Assembly (NCBI GenBank): GCA_028140795.1
Contig: JAOIOW010000003.1
Coordinates: 60,663 to 124,662, forward strand
Direction: 5' to 3'
DNA: 64,000 nucleotides
Source: Fidelibacterota bacterium
GTDB lineage: Bacteria > Fidelibacterota > Marinisomatia > Marinisomatales > Marinisomataceae
The notes under the pieces are model-generated. The model saw nothing but the letters and a program-made list of their open reading frames with translations, was not told where the DNA came from and searched no databases. Every line of letters begins with the position of its first letter. Position 1 is the first letter of the stretch. The position numbers were made by a program, and so were the translations under genes. Positions 36,074 through 45,962 of this stretch are shown one piece after another.

Positions 36074-37374
36074 TATGGCTCCAATCTTCCCATTGTTCTT
36101 GGAAAAGGAATGGTTTGTCTTACATGATCTATTCCACATATCCATGAAACTGTTCTTTCAAGCCCCAATCCAAATCCGGAATGAATAACTGAACCATATT
36201 TTCTTAAGTCTAAATACCACTTGAATGCGCTTAAAGGCAGTCCATGATCTTCTATTCTCTTAACCAAGGTGTCGTGATCATCTTCTCTTTGTCCCCCACC
36301 AACTATTTCACCGTAACCTTCTGGTGCAATAACATCTACTCCTAAAGCAAGTTTATCAGAATCATCTCTTTTCATATAAAAAGCTTTGGTTGCATGAGGC
36401 CAGCTATGAATCATCACAGGGCTATCAAACTTTGAAGCAATCAATTCTTCATCCGGTGCTCCAAAATCACTACCGTACTTAAATTCTTGACCATTATCAT
36501 GTAAGAGCTTAACAGCTTCATCATAAGTTATTCGAGGAAATGGAGATTTTACTTTCTCGAGCAAAGTAATATCTCTTTCCAAAATTTTTAACTCTTCTTT
36601 ACAATTTTCAATACTTTGAGAAACAATATGAACAATAAATTCCTCAATCAAATCCATATTATCTTTTAAATCATAAAATGCCATTTCTGGTTCTACCATC
36701 CAAAATTCTGTTAAATGTTTTCTCGTTTTTGATTTTTCAGCCCTAAAACATGGACCAAAACAATATGTTTTTCCAAAGGCCATTGCCCCGGCTTCCTGAT
36801 ATAGCTGTCCACTTTGAGTTAAATAAGCTGATCTATTAAAATATTCAGTTTCAAATAATGTAGTAGTGCCTTCAACAGCATTTCCAGTAAACATAGGTGA
36901 GTCAATTAACACAAAATCTCTTGTATCAAAAAAATCTCTAATTGATTTAATTACATTTTGACGAACTTTCATTATGGCATACTGCTTCTTTGATCGTAAC
37001 CAAAGGTGCCTATTATCCATTAAAAAGCTTACTCCGTGCTCTTTCAAAGCAATCGGATATTCTTCAGCAATATGAATTACTTCCATATCTTTTACTAGAA
37101 TCTCAACCCCCAAATCAGAACGAGAATCTTCTTGAACAATTCCCTTAACACTTACAGATGATTCTTGAGTAAGGCTAGATTCAAGTTCAAAAACATCAGA
37201 AGAAACATCATTGCTTGTAATGACACATTGGACAAAACCTGTACCATCTCTAACGATTGCAAACCAAATTTTTCCAACAGATCTAAGGTTATAAATCCAT
37301 CCATTTAGCTGGACTTCTTTCCCTATAAAATCTTTTAATTTATTTATTGATATATTTTTCATTTTCTTTACCAT
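36073..37374 (-). CDS. asnS: Asparaginyl-tRNA synthetase
   Basis: OB-fold N-terminus 'GWIYNLRS', class II motifs 'FRAEKSKTRKHLTEFWMVEPE' and 'GFGLGLER'. Confidence 0.93.
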   Translation of the reverse strand: MVKKMKNISINKLKDFIGKEVQLNGWIYNLRSVGKIWFAIVRDGTGFVQCVITSNDVSSDVFELESSLTQESSVSVKGIVQEDSRSDLGVEILVKDMEVIHIAEEYPIALKEHGVSFLMDNRHLWLRSKKQYAIMKVRQNVIKSIRDFFDTRDFVLIDSPMFTGNAVEGTTTLFETEYFNRSAYLTQSGQLYQEAGAMAFGKTYCFGPCFRAEKSKTRKHLTEFWMVEPEMAFYDLKDNMDLIEEFIVHIVSQSIENCKEELKILERDITLLEKVKSPFPRITYDEAVKLLHDNGQEFKYGSDFGAPDEELIASKFDSPVMIHSWPHATKAFYMKRDDSDKLALGVDVIAPEGYGEIVGGGQREDDHDTLVKRIEDHGLPLSAFKWYLDLRKYGSVIHSGFGLGLERTVSWICGIDHVRQTIPFPRTMGRLEP

Positions 37375-37943
37375 GTAGAAAGGATTGAATTTACAACATC
37401 TGATGCAATTTTGTTAATGGCAATATTAATTGCCAACTCTCGTGAATCTCCAAATTCATCATCATCATTTTCATCAAGAATCCCATCGTTATCATTATCT
37501 ATTCCATCCGACGAAGGATCATTATTTATACTATAATTTCCAAAACCTGTAAAAGTTTTTTCAATTAAATTTTTTTCATTTTCATTATCAACCCATAAAA
37601 TTTTTAAAGAGATTGAAAATCGATACTCATCTACCTGTTCATTGCTATCAAATGTAAAAGGTCCATCGGTAGCACTGGTTATCACTCCCAGAATAGTACT
37701 ATCACTATTGCTATCATCTGTAATTTTTAAAATATTTTGAATAGCAATTTCTTGCGTTATTTTTGAAGTTAAATTTTCAGAAATCTCAAATTCCGCGGTA
37801 TCATTTTCTATTAGTGGGATATAAACGTTATTTATATTGGCTGGAATCGATCCTGCCATGGAATAATAACTACATCCAACAAGCATGAAAATTGATAAAG
37901 AATTAACTATCTTTTTTAATTTTCTTTTCAATGCCATAATCAT
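37368..37943 (-). CDS. LptE-like outer-membrane lipoprotein with Asp-rich C-terminal insert (tentative)
   Basis: Lipobox 'FMLVGC', 'NNVYIPLIENDT' typical of the LptE N-terminus, and an acidic 'DGIDNDNDGILDENDDDEFGD' stretch. Confidence 0.45.
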   Translation of the reverse strand: MIMALKRKLKKIVNSLSIFMLVGCSYYSMAGSIPANINNVYIPLIENDTAEFEISENLTSKITQEIAIQNILKITDDSNSDSTILGVITSATDGPFTFDSNEQVDEYRFSISLKILWVDNENEKNLIEKTFTGFGNYSINNDPSSDGIDNDNDGILDENDDDEFGDSRELAINIAINKIASDVVNSILSTW

Positions 37944-39105
37944 TTATTTTTCTATAAAGAGTTCTTTCACTCATATCAAGTGATTTAGCTGCTGCTCTTC
38001 TGTTGTTATTAAAATGCTCTAAAGTTCTTATAATCATTTCTTTTTCAAGATCCTTAGTGTTAAAAGCTCCAATCATCTTACCTTTAATAAGATTTTCATT
38101 CTCATCAAATATTTCATTATCCTGAATTGCTGAACCAAATGATTGATTAATGCTTCTCGATGAATTTAATTCAGAAAAACTAGATTCTTTCATCATTAAT
38201 TTTAAATCTTCAATGTCCTGTCTTAAGAAAAGTAGTTGACGTAGAATTAGTTCTCTTTCTGCTTGATCAGGATCTCTGTTTACAACTACAGGTAGAGAGG
38301 TATTATTTTCCATAGGCTCAATTTTATCTCCAATTAACTGATTAGCAACCATATCTGCAGTAATTCTTTCACCTTTCTGCAAGATTAAAATACTTTCTAC
38401 AAAGTTTCTCAATTCTCTTACATTTCCTGGCCAATGATAATCCTGCATTTCTTTAATTGATTCAGGCGTAAAGCCTTTATACTTAATATCATTTGTTCTG
38501 CTAAATTGCAATGCAAACCTATCCACTAGTAGCCTAATATCATTTGCTCTTTTCCTCAATGGTGGAATATTGATTGTTACGGTTTTCAATCTATAATACA
38601 AATCTTGCCTAAACTTCCCTTCTTGGACCAGTTTTGCCAAATCCTTGTTCGTTGCAGCAATAACCCTTACATCTGTTTTCTTTGTTACAGAATCACCCAC
38701 TCTCATAAACTCACCTGATTCTAAGACTCGAAGAACTTTAACCTGAGTCTCCAATGGCATATCACCAATTTCATCTAAAAAAATTGTTCCCTTATTAGCT
38801 GTTTCAAAGTATCCTTTTCTGGAATCTGCAGCATCTGTATAAGCACCTTTTTTATGTCCAAAAAGCTCACTTTCTATGATTCCTTCTGGAATAGCTCCAC
38901 AATTAACAATTACAAGCTCACTTGATGCACGCTTACTGCCTAAATGTAATGCTTTGCTTACTAATTCTTTTCCAGTTCCTGATTCTCCATTAATTAAAAC
39001 TGAAATATCTACATTTGCTACTTGGGCAACCATTTCTAAAACCTGACTAATAGCATCGCTTTCTCCAATAATACCAGCTTTTTGTTTAATTAAATCTATA
39101 TTCAT
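37903..39105 (-). CDS. Sigma-54-type enhancer-binding protein (AAA+ plus Fis-type HTH, no sensor domain)
   Basis: Walker A 'GESGTGKE', 'FLDEIGDM', 'VRVIAATN' and C-terminal HTH 'NNRRAAAKSLDMSERTLYRKI'. The GAFTGA position reads 'GAYTDA'. Confidence 0.85.
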   Translation of the reverse strand: MNIDLIKQKAGIIGESDAISQVLEMVAQVANVDISVLINGESGTGKELVSKALHLGSKRASSELVIVNCGAIPEGIIESELFGHKKGAYTDAADSRKGYFETANKGTIFLDEIGDMPLETQVKVLRVLESGEFMRVGDSVTKKTDVRVIAATNKDLAKLVQEGKFRQDLYYRLKTVTINIPPLRKRANDIRLLVDRFALQFSRTNDIKYKGFTPESIKEMQDYHWPGNVRELRNFVESILILQKGERITADMVANQLIGDKIEPMENNTSLPVVVNRDPDQAERELILRQLLFLRQDIEDLKLMMKESSFSELNSSRSINQSFGSAIQDNEIFDENENLIKGKMIGAFNTKDLEKEMIIRTLEHFNNNRRAAAKSLDMSERTLYRKINDYGIEKKIKKDS

Positions 39106-39119
39106 AATATCTCCGTTGA

Positions 39120-41114
39120 TTATAACTTAATTTCTTTTTCTAGTTTGTTCATTTCATCTCTTAGCTTGGCTGCTTTTTCAAATTCTAAATTTTCAGCTGC
39201 TTCAAGCATCTCTTCTCTAATCATTTCTACAACAATTTTTTTATCCTCCAGTAAAAACTTATCCGTCGCAACATCTCTTTTAACTTCAATTTCACTATCT
39301 CTGTAAGATTCAGCGACTCTAGTTGATTGCATAATTTCTTCAACTGATTTTTTAACAGTTTTTGGAGTAATGTTGTTTTCTTTATTGAATTTCATCTGAA
39401 TTTTTCTTCTTCGATCAGTTTCATCAATCAAATATTTCATCGAATCTGTTATTTTATCAGCATATAAAATTACTTTACCTTGCTCATGTCGAGCTGCCCT
39501 ACCTGCTGTTTGAACCAATGAACTTTTAGATCTAAGAAATCCCTCCTTATCAGCATCTAAAATTGCGACCAATGATACTTCAGGAAGATCTAATCCTTCT
39601 CTTAATAGATTGATTCCAACTAAAACATCAAAATCACCTAATCTTAAATCTCTTAAAATTTTAACTCTTTCAATAGTTTTCACTTCTGAATGAAGATATC
39701 GAACTCTTAAACCGACAGAACTTAAATACTCGGATAAATCTTCAGCCATTTTCTTAGTTAATGTAGTAACTAAACATCTTTCATCTTTTGACGACCTAAT
39801 CTTTATCTCTGAAATAAGATCATCAATTTGACCAGCAGAAGGTCTAATCATCAACTCAGGATCTACCAATCCAGTAGGCCTATTAATTAATTCAGTAATT
39901 GCCCCCTGAGATAGTTCTAACTCTCTATGAGATGGAGTTGCAGATGCGTAAATAACTTGATTTTGAAGTGTTGAAAATTCATCTGATTTTAATGGTCTAT
40001 TATCATATGCTGAGGGTAATCTAAACCCATAATCAATCAAATTATCTTTACGCTTTCTATCTCCACCATACATAGCCTGGATTTGAGGTAAAGTAACGTG
40101 AGACTCATCTATTACAGTTAAAAAATCTTCAGGAAAAAAATCAATCAATGTAAAAGGTCTTTCGCCTTCTTTCCTTCCATCAAAATATCTTGAATAATTT
40201 TCAATACCAGAACAATATCCAATCTCTTGAATCATTTCAATATCAAAATTAGTTCTTTGACTAATTCTTTGTTCTTCTAAAAACTTTTCGTTTTCATTAA
40301 AGAACTTAGTCCTCTCAATTAAGTCTCTTTTTATCTCTTTAATAACCGAATCATTTTTATCTTTATCAGAAATGAAATGTCTTGCTGGATATAGATAAAA
40401 TTCATCATGCTCAAAATGTTCTTCTCCTGTTAGAGGATCAAATGATACTATCGATTGAATAATATTGTCAAAAATATCAACTCTGATAGCCTTATCCTCA
40501 TACGCTGGAAAGATTTCAAAAATATCTCCTAAAATTCTAAAATTACATCTCTCTAAAACTTGATCATTTCTTTGATAATAAATATCGACAAGGTATTCAG
40601 TTAAGCTAGACCTGCTAATAGAATCATCAAGCTTTAAATGAACCACTTGCTTCTTCCATTCTTTGGGATTACCTAAACCATATATACATGAAACAGAGCT
40701 AACGACAATGACATCTTTTCGTTGAAGTAAAGAGCTGGTTGCTTTTAACCTTAAACGATCTATTTCTTCATTCATTGAAAAGTCTTTTTCTATGAATGTA
40801 TCAGTTACTGGCATATATGATTCAGGCTGATAATAATCGTAATAGCTAATAAAGTATTCAACAGCATTATTTGGAAATAAGTTTTTGAATTCTCCGTAAA
40901 GCTGAGCTGCTAAAGTTTTATTATGAGAAATAACTAAAGTCGGCTTTTGAACTTCCTCAATTACCTTTGCAATTGTATATGTTTTTCCTGATCCAGTTAC
41001 ACCAAGCAAAGTCTGATGAGATGCATTTTCCTTCAATCCATCAGATAATTCAGATATAGCTGTTGGCTGGTCTCCTGCTGGAGAAAATTTTGATTCTACT
41101 TTAAAGTCTGCCAT
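39120..41114 (-). CDS. uvrB: Excinuclease ABC subunit B
   Basis: 'PAGDQPTAI', 'GVTGSGKT' and a C-terminal UVR motif. The start is ATG 41114; the track start at 41123 is TTG. Confidence 0.96.
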   Translation of the reverse strand: MADFKVESKFSPAGDQPTAISELSDGLKENASHQTLLGVTGSGKTYTIAKVIEEVQKPTLVISHNKTLAAQLYGEFKNLFPNNAVEYFISYYDYYQPESYMPVTDTFIEKDFSMNEEIDRLRLKATSSLLQRKDVIVVSSVSCIYGLGNPKEWKKQVVHLKLDDSISRSSLTEYLVDIYYQRNDQVLERCNFRILGDIFEIFPAYEDKAIRVDIFDNIIQSIVSFDPLTGEEHFEHDEFYLYPARHFISDKDKNDSVIKEIKRDLIERTKFFNENEKFLEEQRISQRTNFDIEMIQEIGYCSGIENYSRYFDGRKEGERPFTLIDFFPEDFLTVIDESHVTLPQIQAMYGGDRKRKDNLIDYGFRLPSAYDNRPLKSDEFSTLQNQVIYASATPSHRELELSQGAITELINRPTGLVDPELMIRPSAGQIDDLISEIKIRSSKDERCLVTTLTKKMAEDLSEYLSSVGLRVRYLHSEVKTIERVKILRDLRLGDFDVLVGINLLREGLDLPEVSLVAILDADKEGFLRSKSSLVQTAGRAARHEQGKVILYADKITDSMKYLIDETDRRRKIQMKFNKENNITPKTVKKSVEEIMQSTRVAESYRDSEIEVKRDVATDKFLLEDKKIVVEMIREEMLEAAENLEFEKAAKLRDEMNKLEKEIKL

Positions 41115-41182
41115 AATGACCAATAATTTAAATATTATTAAGGATAAAGTAAAATAATATGTATGACAATTATGTAGATTTT

Positions 41183-41725
41183 TTATTTTATTTTAAGGAA
41201 AAATCTTAGATAATCAAGAAGGCTAATAAATAGTAAAATAGCGGCAATATTTAATAACACAGACGCAATATAATATATACTCTGAATCTTAAATGCAAAA
41301 ATACATAATGCAGCTCCTAAAAAACATACTCCTGTTTTGCCTAAAATATTGGAGCCATAAACTGTTTTTAATTTTGGTAAATACCATAATGAAAATATTA
41401 AAATTGTTAATTGTCTTAAAAAATAAAAGATCATAAACCAAGTTGAGATTAGACCTTCTTGATTAAAAAGGATTATAAAAGCAAATAACGTAATTCCATC
41501 TGCAATTGGATCAAGTGTCTTGCCAAGCTCTGATTTCTGGTCAAGAATTCTAGCAGCAATTCCATCTAAAAAATCTGACAATAATGATACAAAAAGTATT
41601 ATTAAGAAATACGATTGCATTCCATTCTTGTAAGTTATAATCATTGGAGCAATAAGAAAAAATCTCAGAATTGTAATTAGATTAGGGACAAGAAATATAT
41701 CGCTAACTTTGAATAATTTACTCAT
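41183..41725 (-). CDS. CDP-alcohol phosphatidyltransferase family protein
   Basis: 'DFLDGIAAR...G..LDPIADG' signature in a polytopic 180-aa protein. Confidence 0.8.
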   Translation of the reverse strand: MSKLFKVSDIFLVPNLITILRFFLIAPMIITYKNGMQSYFLIILFVSLLSDFLDGIAARILDQKSELGKTLDPIADGITLFAFIILFNQEGLISTWFMIFYFLRQLTILIFSLWYLPKLKTVYGSNILGKTGVCFLGAALCIFAFKIQSIYYIASVLLNIAAILLFISLLDYLRFFLKIK

Positions 41726-42953
41726 ATAATTCCTTTAAAATTTTTTCCGTGGAGCCAGAATTTTCAGTTACAAAAGATTTACAATTTTTGGATGAATTAT
41801 TGTAATTATTTTTATCTAAAAGCCAATTCATTTTTTCCGTAAATAGCTCATAAGAATCGACGGAAAAACCACCTGAAACATCTATTAAACCTTCAGCGTC
41901 AAATTTATTAGAATTAAGAAAATTTGAACCAAAAATAACTGGGTTTGAAGCAGCTGCGGGCTCAATGATATTATGTATTCCCGATTTAGAAAAGCCTCCT
42001 CCAACATAAGTTATAGTACTTTGAGCATATAATTTTGAAAGAAAACCTACTTTATTAACAATAATATACTTTTCTTCAAATTGGTTAAAATTTTGATATT
42101 GATTTATTTTTTTGAATGAAAAATCTTTATCCTCAAGAACAGAGCAATAGTAATTCAAATAGGAATCATTCACCTCATGAGGAACAATTATCACTTTTTT
42201 GAAATGATTCACTAATGGTGAATTAATAAACTTTTCAAAAATAATTTTATTGTCTTCATCCCACATACTTGCAAAAATCAATATACTACCTTCATCTTGT
42301 CTAGAAGAATCAAGTTTATATTCAACATTTTCTAAATTATTTAATATTCTATCATATCGAGGATTTCCAATTTTATAAATTTCATCATTTGAAATATTCA
42401 TTTTTATTTGATGATAATCATTATCACTTACACAAAATATCTTATTAAACATTTTCAAAAATATGCTATATGATTTTCTATATCTTGCTGATGTTAAAAC
42501 TGTTGTAATATTTAACTGATTTGCAGCAAATAAAAAACTTGGCCAAAAATCACTTGAAGTAAAGAATATTTTACTAGGTTTTACTATCCTTAAAACCCTA
42601 AATGATGAAAAAATAAAATCAAATGGTAAATAAATTTTCAAATCAATATTTCTATCATTTACATTTTCAAATCCTGATGGTGAAAAAAAGGAGGTTATAA
42701 TTCCTATACTTTGATCTCTTTTTTTTATTTGTTCAATTAATGTCTCAACTTGTTGATATTCTCCAAAAGATGCGCAATGAAACCAATAAATCTGTGAAAA
42801 CTTGTTCGTTGGGAATGATTTGAGTGCTGAAAAAGAATTAAATCTTCCAATAAATCCTTTTCTTATTTTTGTGTTAAAAATTGAAAAAATAATTGATAAA
42901 AGTAAAATAATTGGAAGAGCTAAAAGGTTGTATAACAATATTAGAACCATCAT
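41718..42953 (-). CDS. waaA: 3-deoxy-D-manno-octulosonic acid (Kdo) transferase
   Basis: N-terminal anchor, 'WFHCASFGEYQQVETLI' (the HxxSxGE motif), and a GT-B C-terminal half. Confidence 0.8.
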   Translation of the reverse strand: MMVLILLYNLLALPIILLLSIIFSIFNTKIRKGFIGRFNSFSALKSFPTNKFSQIYWFHCASFGEYQQVETLIEQIKKRDQSIGIITSFFSPSGFENVNDRNIDLKIYLPFDFIFSSFRVLRIVKPSKIFFTSSDFWPSFLFAANQLNITTVLTSARYRKSYSIFLKMFNKIFCVSDNDYHQIKMNISNDEIYKIGNPRYDRILNNLENVEYKLDSSRQDEGSILIFASMWDEDNKIIFEKFINSPLVNHFKKVIIVPHEVNDSYLNYYCSVLEDKDFSFKKINQYQNFNQFEEKYIIVNKVGFLSKLYAQSTITYVGGGFSKSGIHNIIEPAAASNPVIFGSNFLNSNKFDAEGLIDVSGGFSVDSYELFTEKMNWLLDKNNYNNSSKNCKSFVTENSGSTEKILKELYE

Positions 42954-43951
42954 AATGTTAAAGCCCTACTTACATTGCTATACACTTTTTCGCTGTCTAT
43001 TTCAGTCATACAGTACTGTTCTTTTCTATAACAAGGTCTACTACCATTTTGTGAGCACGGTCTGCACCATAAATCTTTATTTTCAATGACTCTTGAGTCA
43101 CTTAATGTAACTCTGGCACCTGTTTCTTTGGATGTAGGCCCTAAAATCATTGTTACTGGTGTCCCCATTGCTTCAGAAATATGTAAAAGACCAGTATCAC
43201 TACCTAAAGTATGCTGCGCATATTTAACTAAACCCATTGCCATTCTTAAAGATGTTTTATCTTTTAGGTTTATGATTTTGTCATGTTTAATAATTTCATC
43301 ACAAATAACATCATTTGTAGATCCAAGAATTACAATTGTTGAATTAAACGAACGAATTAACTTTTTTATTAATTTATTATAGTTGTCAATCGACCATTGC
43401 TTTTGACTCCACGCAGCACCTGGAACAATAGCTATATAATTATTTCCAATGTTATTTTCTCTTAAAAACTGTTTAGTTTTTTCTTCTTCAAGTTGATCAA
43501 TATACAAGTTTGTTTGAGGAAAAGTTTTATCTTGTCCTAATAAGGTATGGTACATTTTTATATGACTGAAGCTTTCTTCAAAATAATTTTTATAACCGTA
43601 AAACAATAGGAATCTTCTTAATCTTGGTTTTTTTATCTGCTTAAATAAATTCTTTCTTAAAAAAAGTGATAAAACTCTTGTTCTAAAAACGCTATGAATA
43701 TCAAAAATTATGTCATAATTATTACTTCTTAAAAATCTTCCCAATCGAAATAGCTCATTTAATCCTAATTTTTTATCAAAGGATATAAGTTTATCAATAA
43801 TTGGATGTTTTTTTACAAGATCAGAGAATTCCTTCTTGATAAGAAAATGTATCTCACTATCAGGATATTTTTGTTTTACTGATTCTAGAAATGATGTTGC
43901 AAGAACAATATCACCAATTGCACTCATTCTGATGACTAAAATCTTTTTCAT
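42950..43951 (-). CDS. GT9 lipopolysaccharide heptosyltransferase family protein
   Basis: 'KILVIRMSAIGDIVLATS' N-terminus and 'GSDTGLLHISEAMGTP' are typical of GT9. Confidence 0.82.
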   Translation of the reverse strand: MKKILVIRMSAIGDIVLATSFLESVKQKYPDSEIHFLIKKEFSDLVKKHPIIDKLISFDKKLGLNELFRLGRFLRSNNYDIIFDIHSVFRTRVLSLFLRKNLFKQIKKPRLRRFLLFYGYKNYFEESFSHIKMYHTLLGQDKTFPQTNLYIDQLEEEKTKQFLRENNIGNNYIAIVPGAAWSQKQWSIDNYNKLIKKLIRSFNSTIVILGSTNDVICDEIIKHDKIINLKDKTSLRMAMGLVKYAQHTLGSDTGLLHISEAMGTPVTMILGPTSKETGARVTLSDSRVIENKDLWCRPCSQNGSRPCYRKEQYCMTEIDSEKVYSNVSRALTL

Positions 43952-44676
43952 GTCTCATTATTAAAAAGTTTATTAGCAAACCAGGAGACGACTATACTTA
44001 TCTCGTACAAGATTAACATTGGAATAGACATTATAATCAGACTAATTGGGTCTGGAGGGGTAATTATTGCAGAAAGAACAACTGTTATAGCAATAGCCTC
44101 TCTTCTGTATGTTTTTAAAAATTCTGGATTAATTAATCCAATTGAAGAAAATAAGAAGGATGCGACAGGTAATTCGAAAATTAATCCTGCTCCAATCATC
44201 AAAGATAATACAAAACTAAAATAATAATTGATTGAGAAATTGTTTTGGATATCTGCTGTTATCATTGATGCAAAAAAATCTAAAGAAAAAGGTAAGATTA
44301 CCTTATAAGCAAAAACACCTCCCAAAATAAAACAAATAAATGCGGTAAGGATAAGCGGAACTAGTATTTTCTTTTCTTTATCATAAAGGCCTGGAGATAA
44401 AAATTTCCAAACTTGAACTGTTATAACTGGAAGAGATAAAATAATTCCTCCAATGATAGCCAAATTCCATTTTAAAAGAAACATACCTTGAATTGTTAAA
44501 ACCTGAAGGTTTAAATCTGAATTAATTTGAGAAGCAGGTTTTATGAGGATATCTACAAGAAAATTTGCAAAATTGAATGTTAAGACTGACATTAAAAGTA
44601 TCGAACCTAGCGACTTTAAAATTCTCCATCTTAATTCTTCAAGATGATCTACTATTGACATATCATTATTATTCAT
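43948..44676 (-). CDS. tatC: Twin-arginine translocase subunit TatC
   Basis: 'HLEELRWRI' N-terminus, six TM helices and 'LSAIITPPDPIS'. Confidence 0.92.
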   Translation of the reverse strand: MNNNDMSIVDHLEELRWRILKSLGSILLMSVLTFNFANFLVDILIKPASQINSDLNLQVLTIQGMFLLKWNLAIIGGIILSLPVITVQVWKFLSPGLYDKEKKILVPLILTAFICFILGGVFAYKVILPFSLDFFASMITADIQNNFSINYYFSFVLSLMIGAGLIFELPVASFLFSSIGLINPEFLKTYRREAIAITVVLSAIITPPDPISLIIMSIPMLILYEISIVVSWFANKLFNNET

Positions 44677-45611
44677 TTTTTTTTAATTTCATCAACAAGC
44701 TCGTATGGTGACTTTGTTTTTATTGAGGCTTTATCAACACTATCTAGAAGAGCTGTTCTTTCCTCATGCCAAAATTGACTTAAAATATCTTTTTCAACTA
44801 TTGATTTTATTCTTCGATTATATCTCAAAACTTGCTTCTCTTGTATATCTTTATTGTCTTTCATGGATTTGAAGTATGAAGTAATAGCTTGTGAAAAATC
44901 TTCAATACCCTCATCCGTTTTACAGCTTGTTTTGAAAATTGGAATTTTCTTTGAGTCTTTTTTTGTTGATGATAAAATATTATTTATAGATTTAACTAAT
45001 AGATTAGAATCTTTTCTATCTGACTTATTAACAACAAATACATCGGCTAGTTCTAAAATCCCAGCTTTTAGAAGTTGAATTTCATCTCCAGATTCAGGAA
45101 CGAAAACTAAAGTAGTCAGATCAGTAATTTCGGACACACTGTATTCAGATTGTCCTACTCCAACGGTTTCTATAAAAATTATATCTTTTCCGCTAAATGC
45201 CAAAATATCACTAAAATCTTCTGCTAACTCAGTTACTCCACCAAGCTCTGCTCTAGATCCCATACTTCTTACAAAAACATTATCATCATTTACAGCATTA
45301 TTAATTCTTACTCTGTCTCCCAGAAAAGAACCGCCAGTAATTGGGCTTGAAGGATCAATTGCAATCACTCCTACCGATAAATTTTCTTTCCTTATCTGAG
45401 GAATAAGCTTGTTCATTAGTGAACTTTTACCTGCACCAGGAGGACCTGTAATTCCAATCTTCAATGATTTATGAGACTCCTTAAAGATTAGTTGGGACAC
45501 TTCTTTTCTTGAAAAAACTCTATTCTCAATACCAGTCATTAACTCAGAAATGGAAATAAAATCATTTTTTCTAGCTTTATCTGCTATTTCTTTCAAATTC
45601 TTTGACGACAT
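44673..45611 (-). CDS. meaB: MeaB/ArgK-type G3E GTPase
   Basis: 'GITGPPGAGKSS', 'AIDPSSPITGGSFLGDRVR', 'ETVGVGQSE' and 'VVNKSD' motifs. Confidence 0.85.
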   Translation of the reverse strand: MSSKNLKEIADKARKNDFISISELMTGIENRVFSRKEVSQLIFKESHKSLKIGITGPPGAGKSSLMNKLIPQIRKENLSVGVIAIDPSSPITGGSFLGDRVRINNAVNDDNVFVRSMGSRAELGGVTELAEDFSDILAFSGKDIIFIETVGVGQSEYSVSEITDLTTLVFVPESGDEIQLLKAGILELADVFVVNKSDRKDSNLLVKSINNILSSTKKDSKKIPIFKTSCKTDEGIEDFSQAITSYFKSMKDNKDIQEKQVLRYNRRIKSIVEKDILSQFWHEERTALLDSVDKASIKTKSPYELVDEIKKK

Positions 45612-45661
45612 AGCGTAATTTAAAGGATAAAACTTAAAACCATAATCAAATTAGAAAATTA

Positions 45662-45690
45662 TTGACATCTATTTCTGAATAGAATAAGTT
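45662..45690 (+). promoter_or_regulatory. Candidate sigma-70-type promoter for rpsT
   Basis: TTGACA (45662-45667), a 17-nt spacer, then TAAGTT (45685-45690). The -10 element is weak and AT-rich background makes chance matches likely. Confidence 0.25.
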
Positions 45691-45703
45691 GCAACCACAT
45701 TTT

Positions 45704-45958
45704 ATGGATAGACATAAACAACAAATTAAAAGAGACAGACAAGACTTAAAGAGAAGAGCTATTAACTCTCAAAACAAGTCAAGGATGCGTACACTTATTA
45801 AAAATGTATTATCTTCTGACTCTAAAAAAGCTGCTGATGAATATTATTCAAGTGCAGTTTCATTCATTGACAAAATGGCTAGCAAAAATGTTATTCATAA
45901 AAATAATGCTGCTAGACAAAAATCTAAGATTACTAATCATTTAAATTCTTTAAAATAA
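45704..45958 (+). CDS. rpsT: 30S ribosomal protein S20
   Basis: Basic helical protein 'KQQIKRDRQDLKRRAINSQNKSRMRTLIK'. The start is taken at ATG 45704; the track start at 45689 is TTG. Confidence 0.85.
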   Translation: MDRHKQQIKRDRQDLKRRAINSQNKSRMRTLIKNVLSSDSKKAADEYYSSAVSFIDKMASKNVIHKNNAARQKSKITNHLNSLK

Positions 45959-45962
45959 AGAA

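Noticed and set aside
36073-37374. Start-codon ambiguity in several genes: asnS at 37374 versus 37362, the SNF transporter at 49738 versus 49708, and the CPBP protease at 32313 versus 32268.
   Set aside because: These are annotation uncertainty and have no biological significance. The alternatives are noted in the feature evidence.
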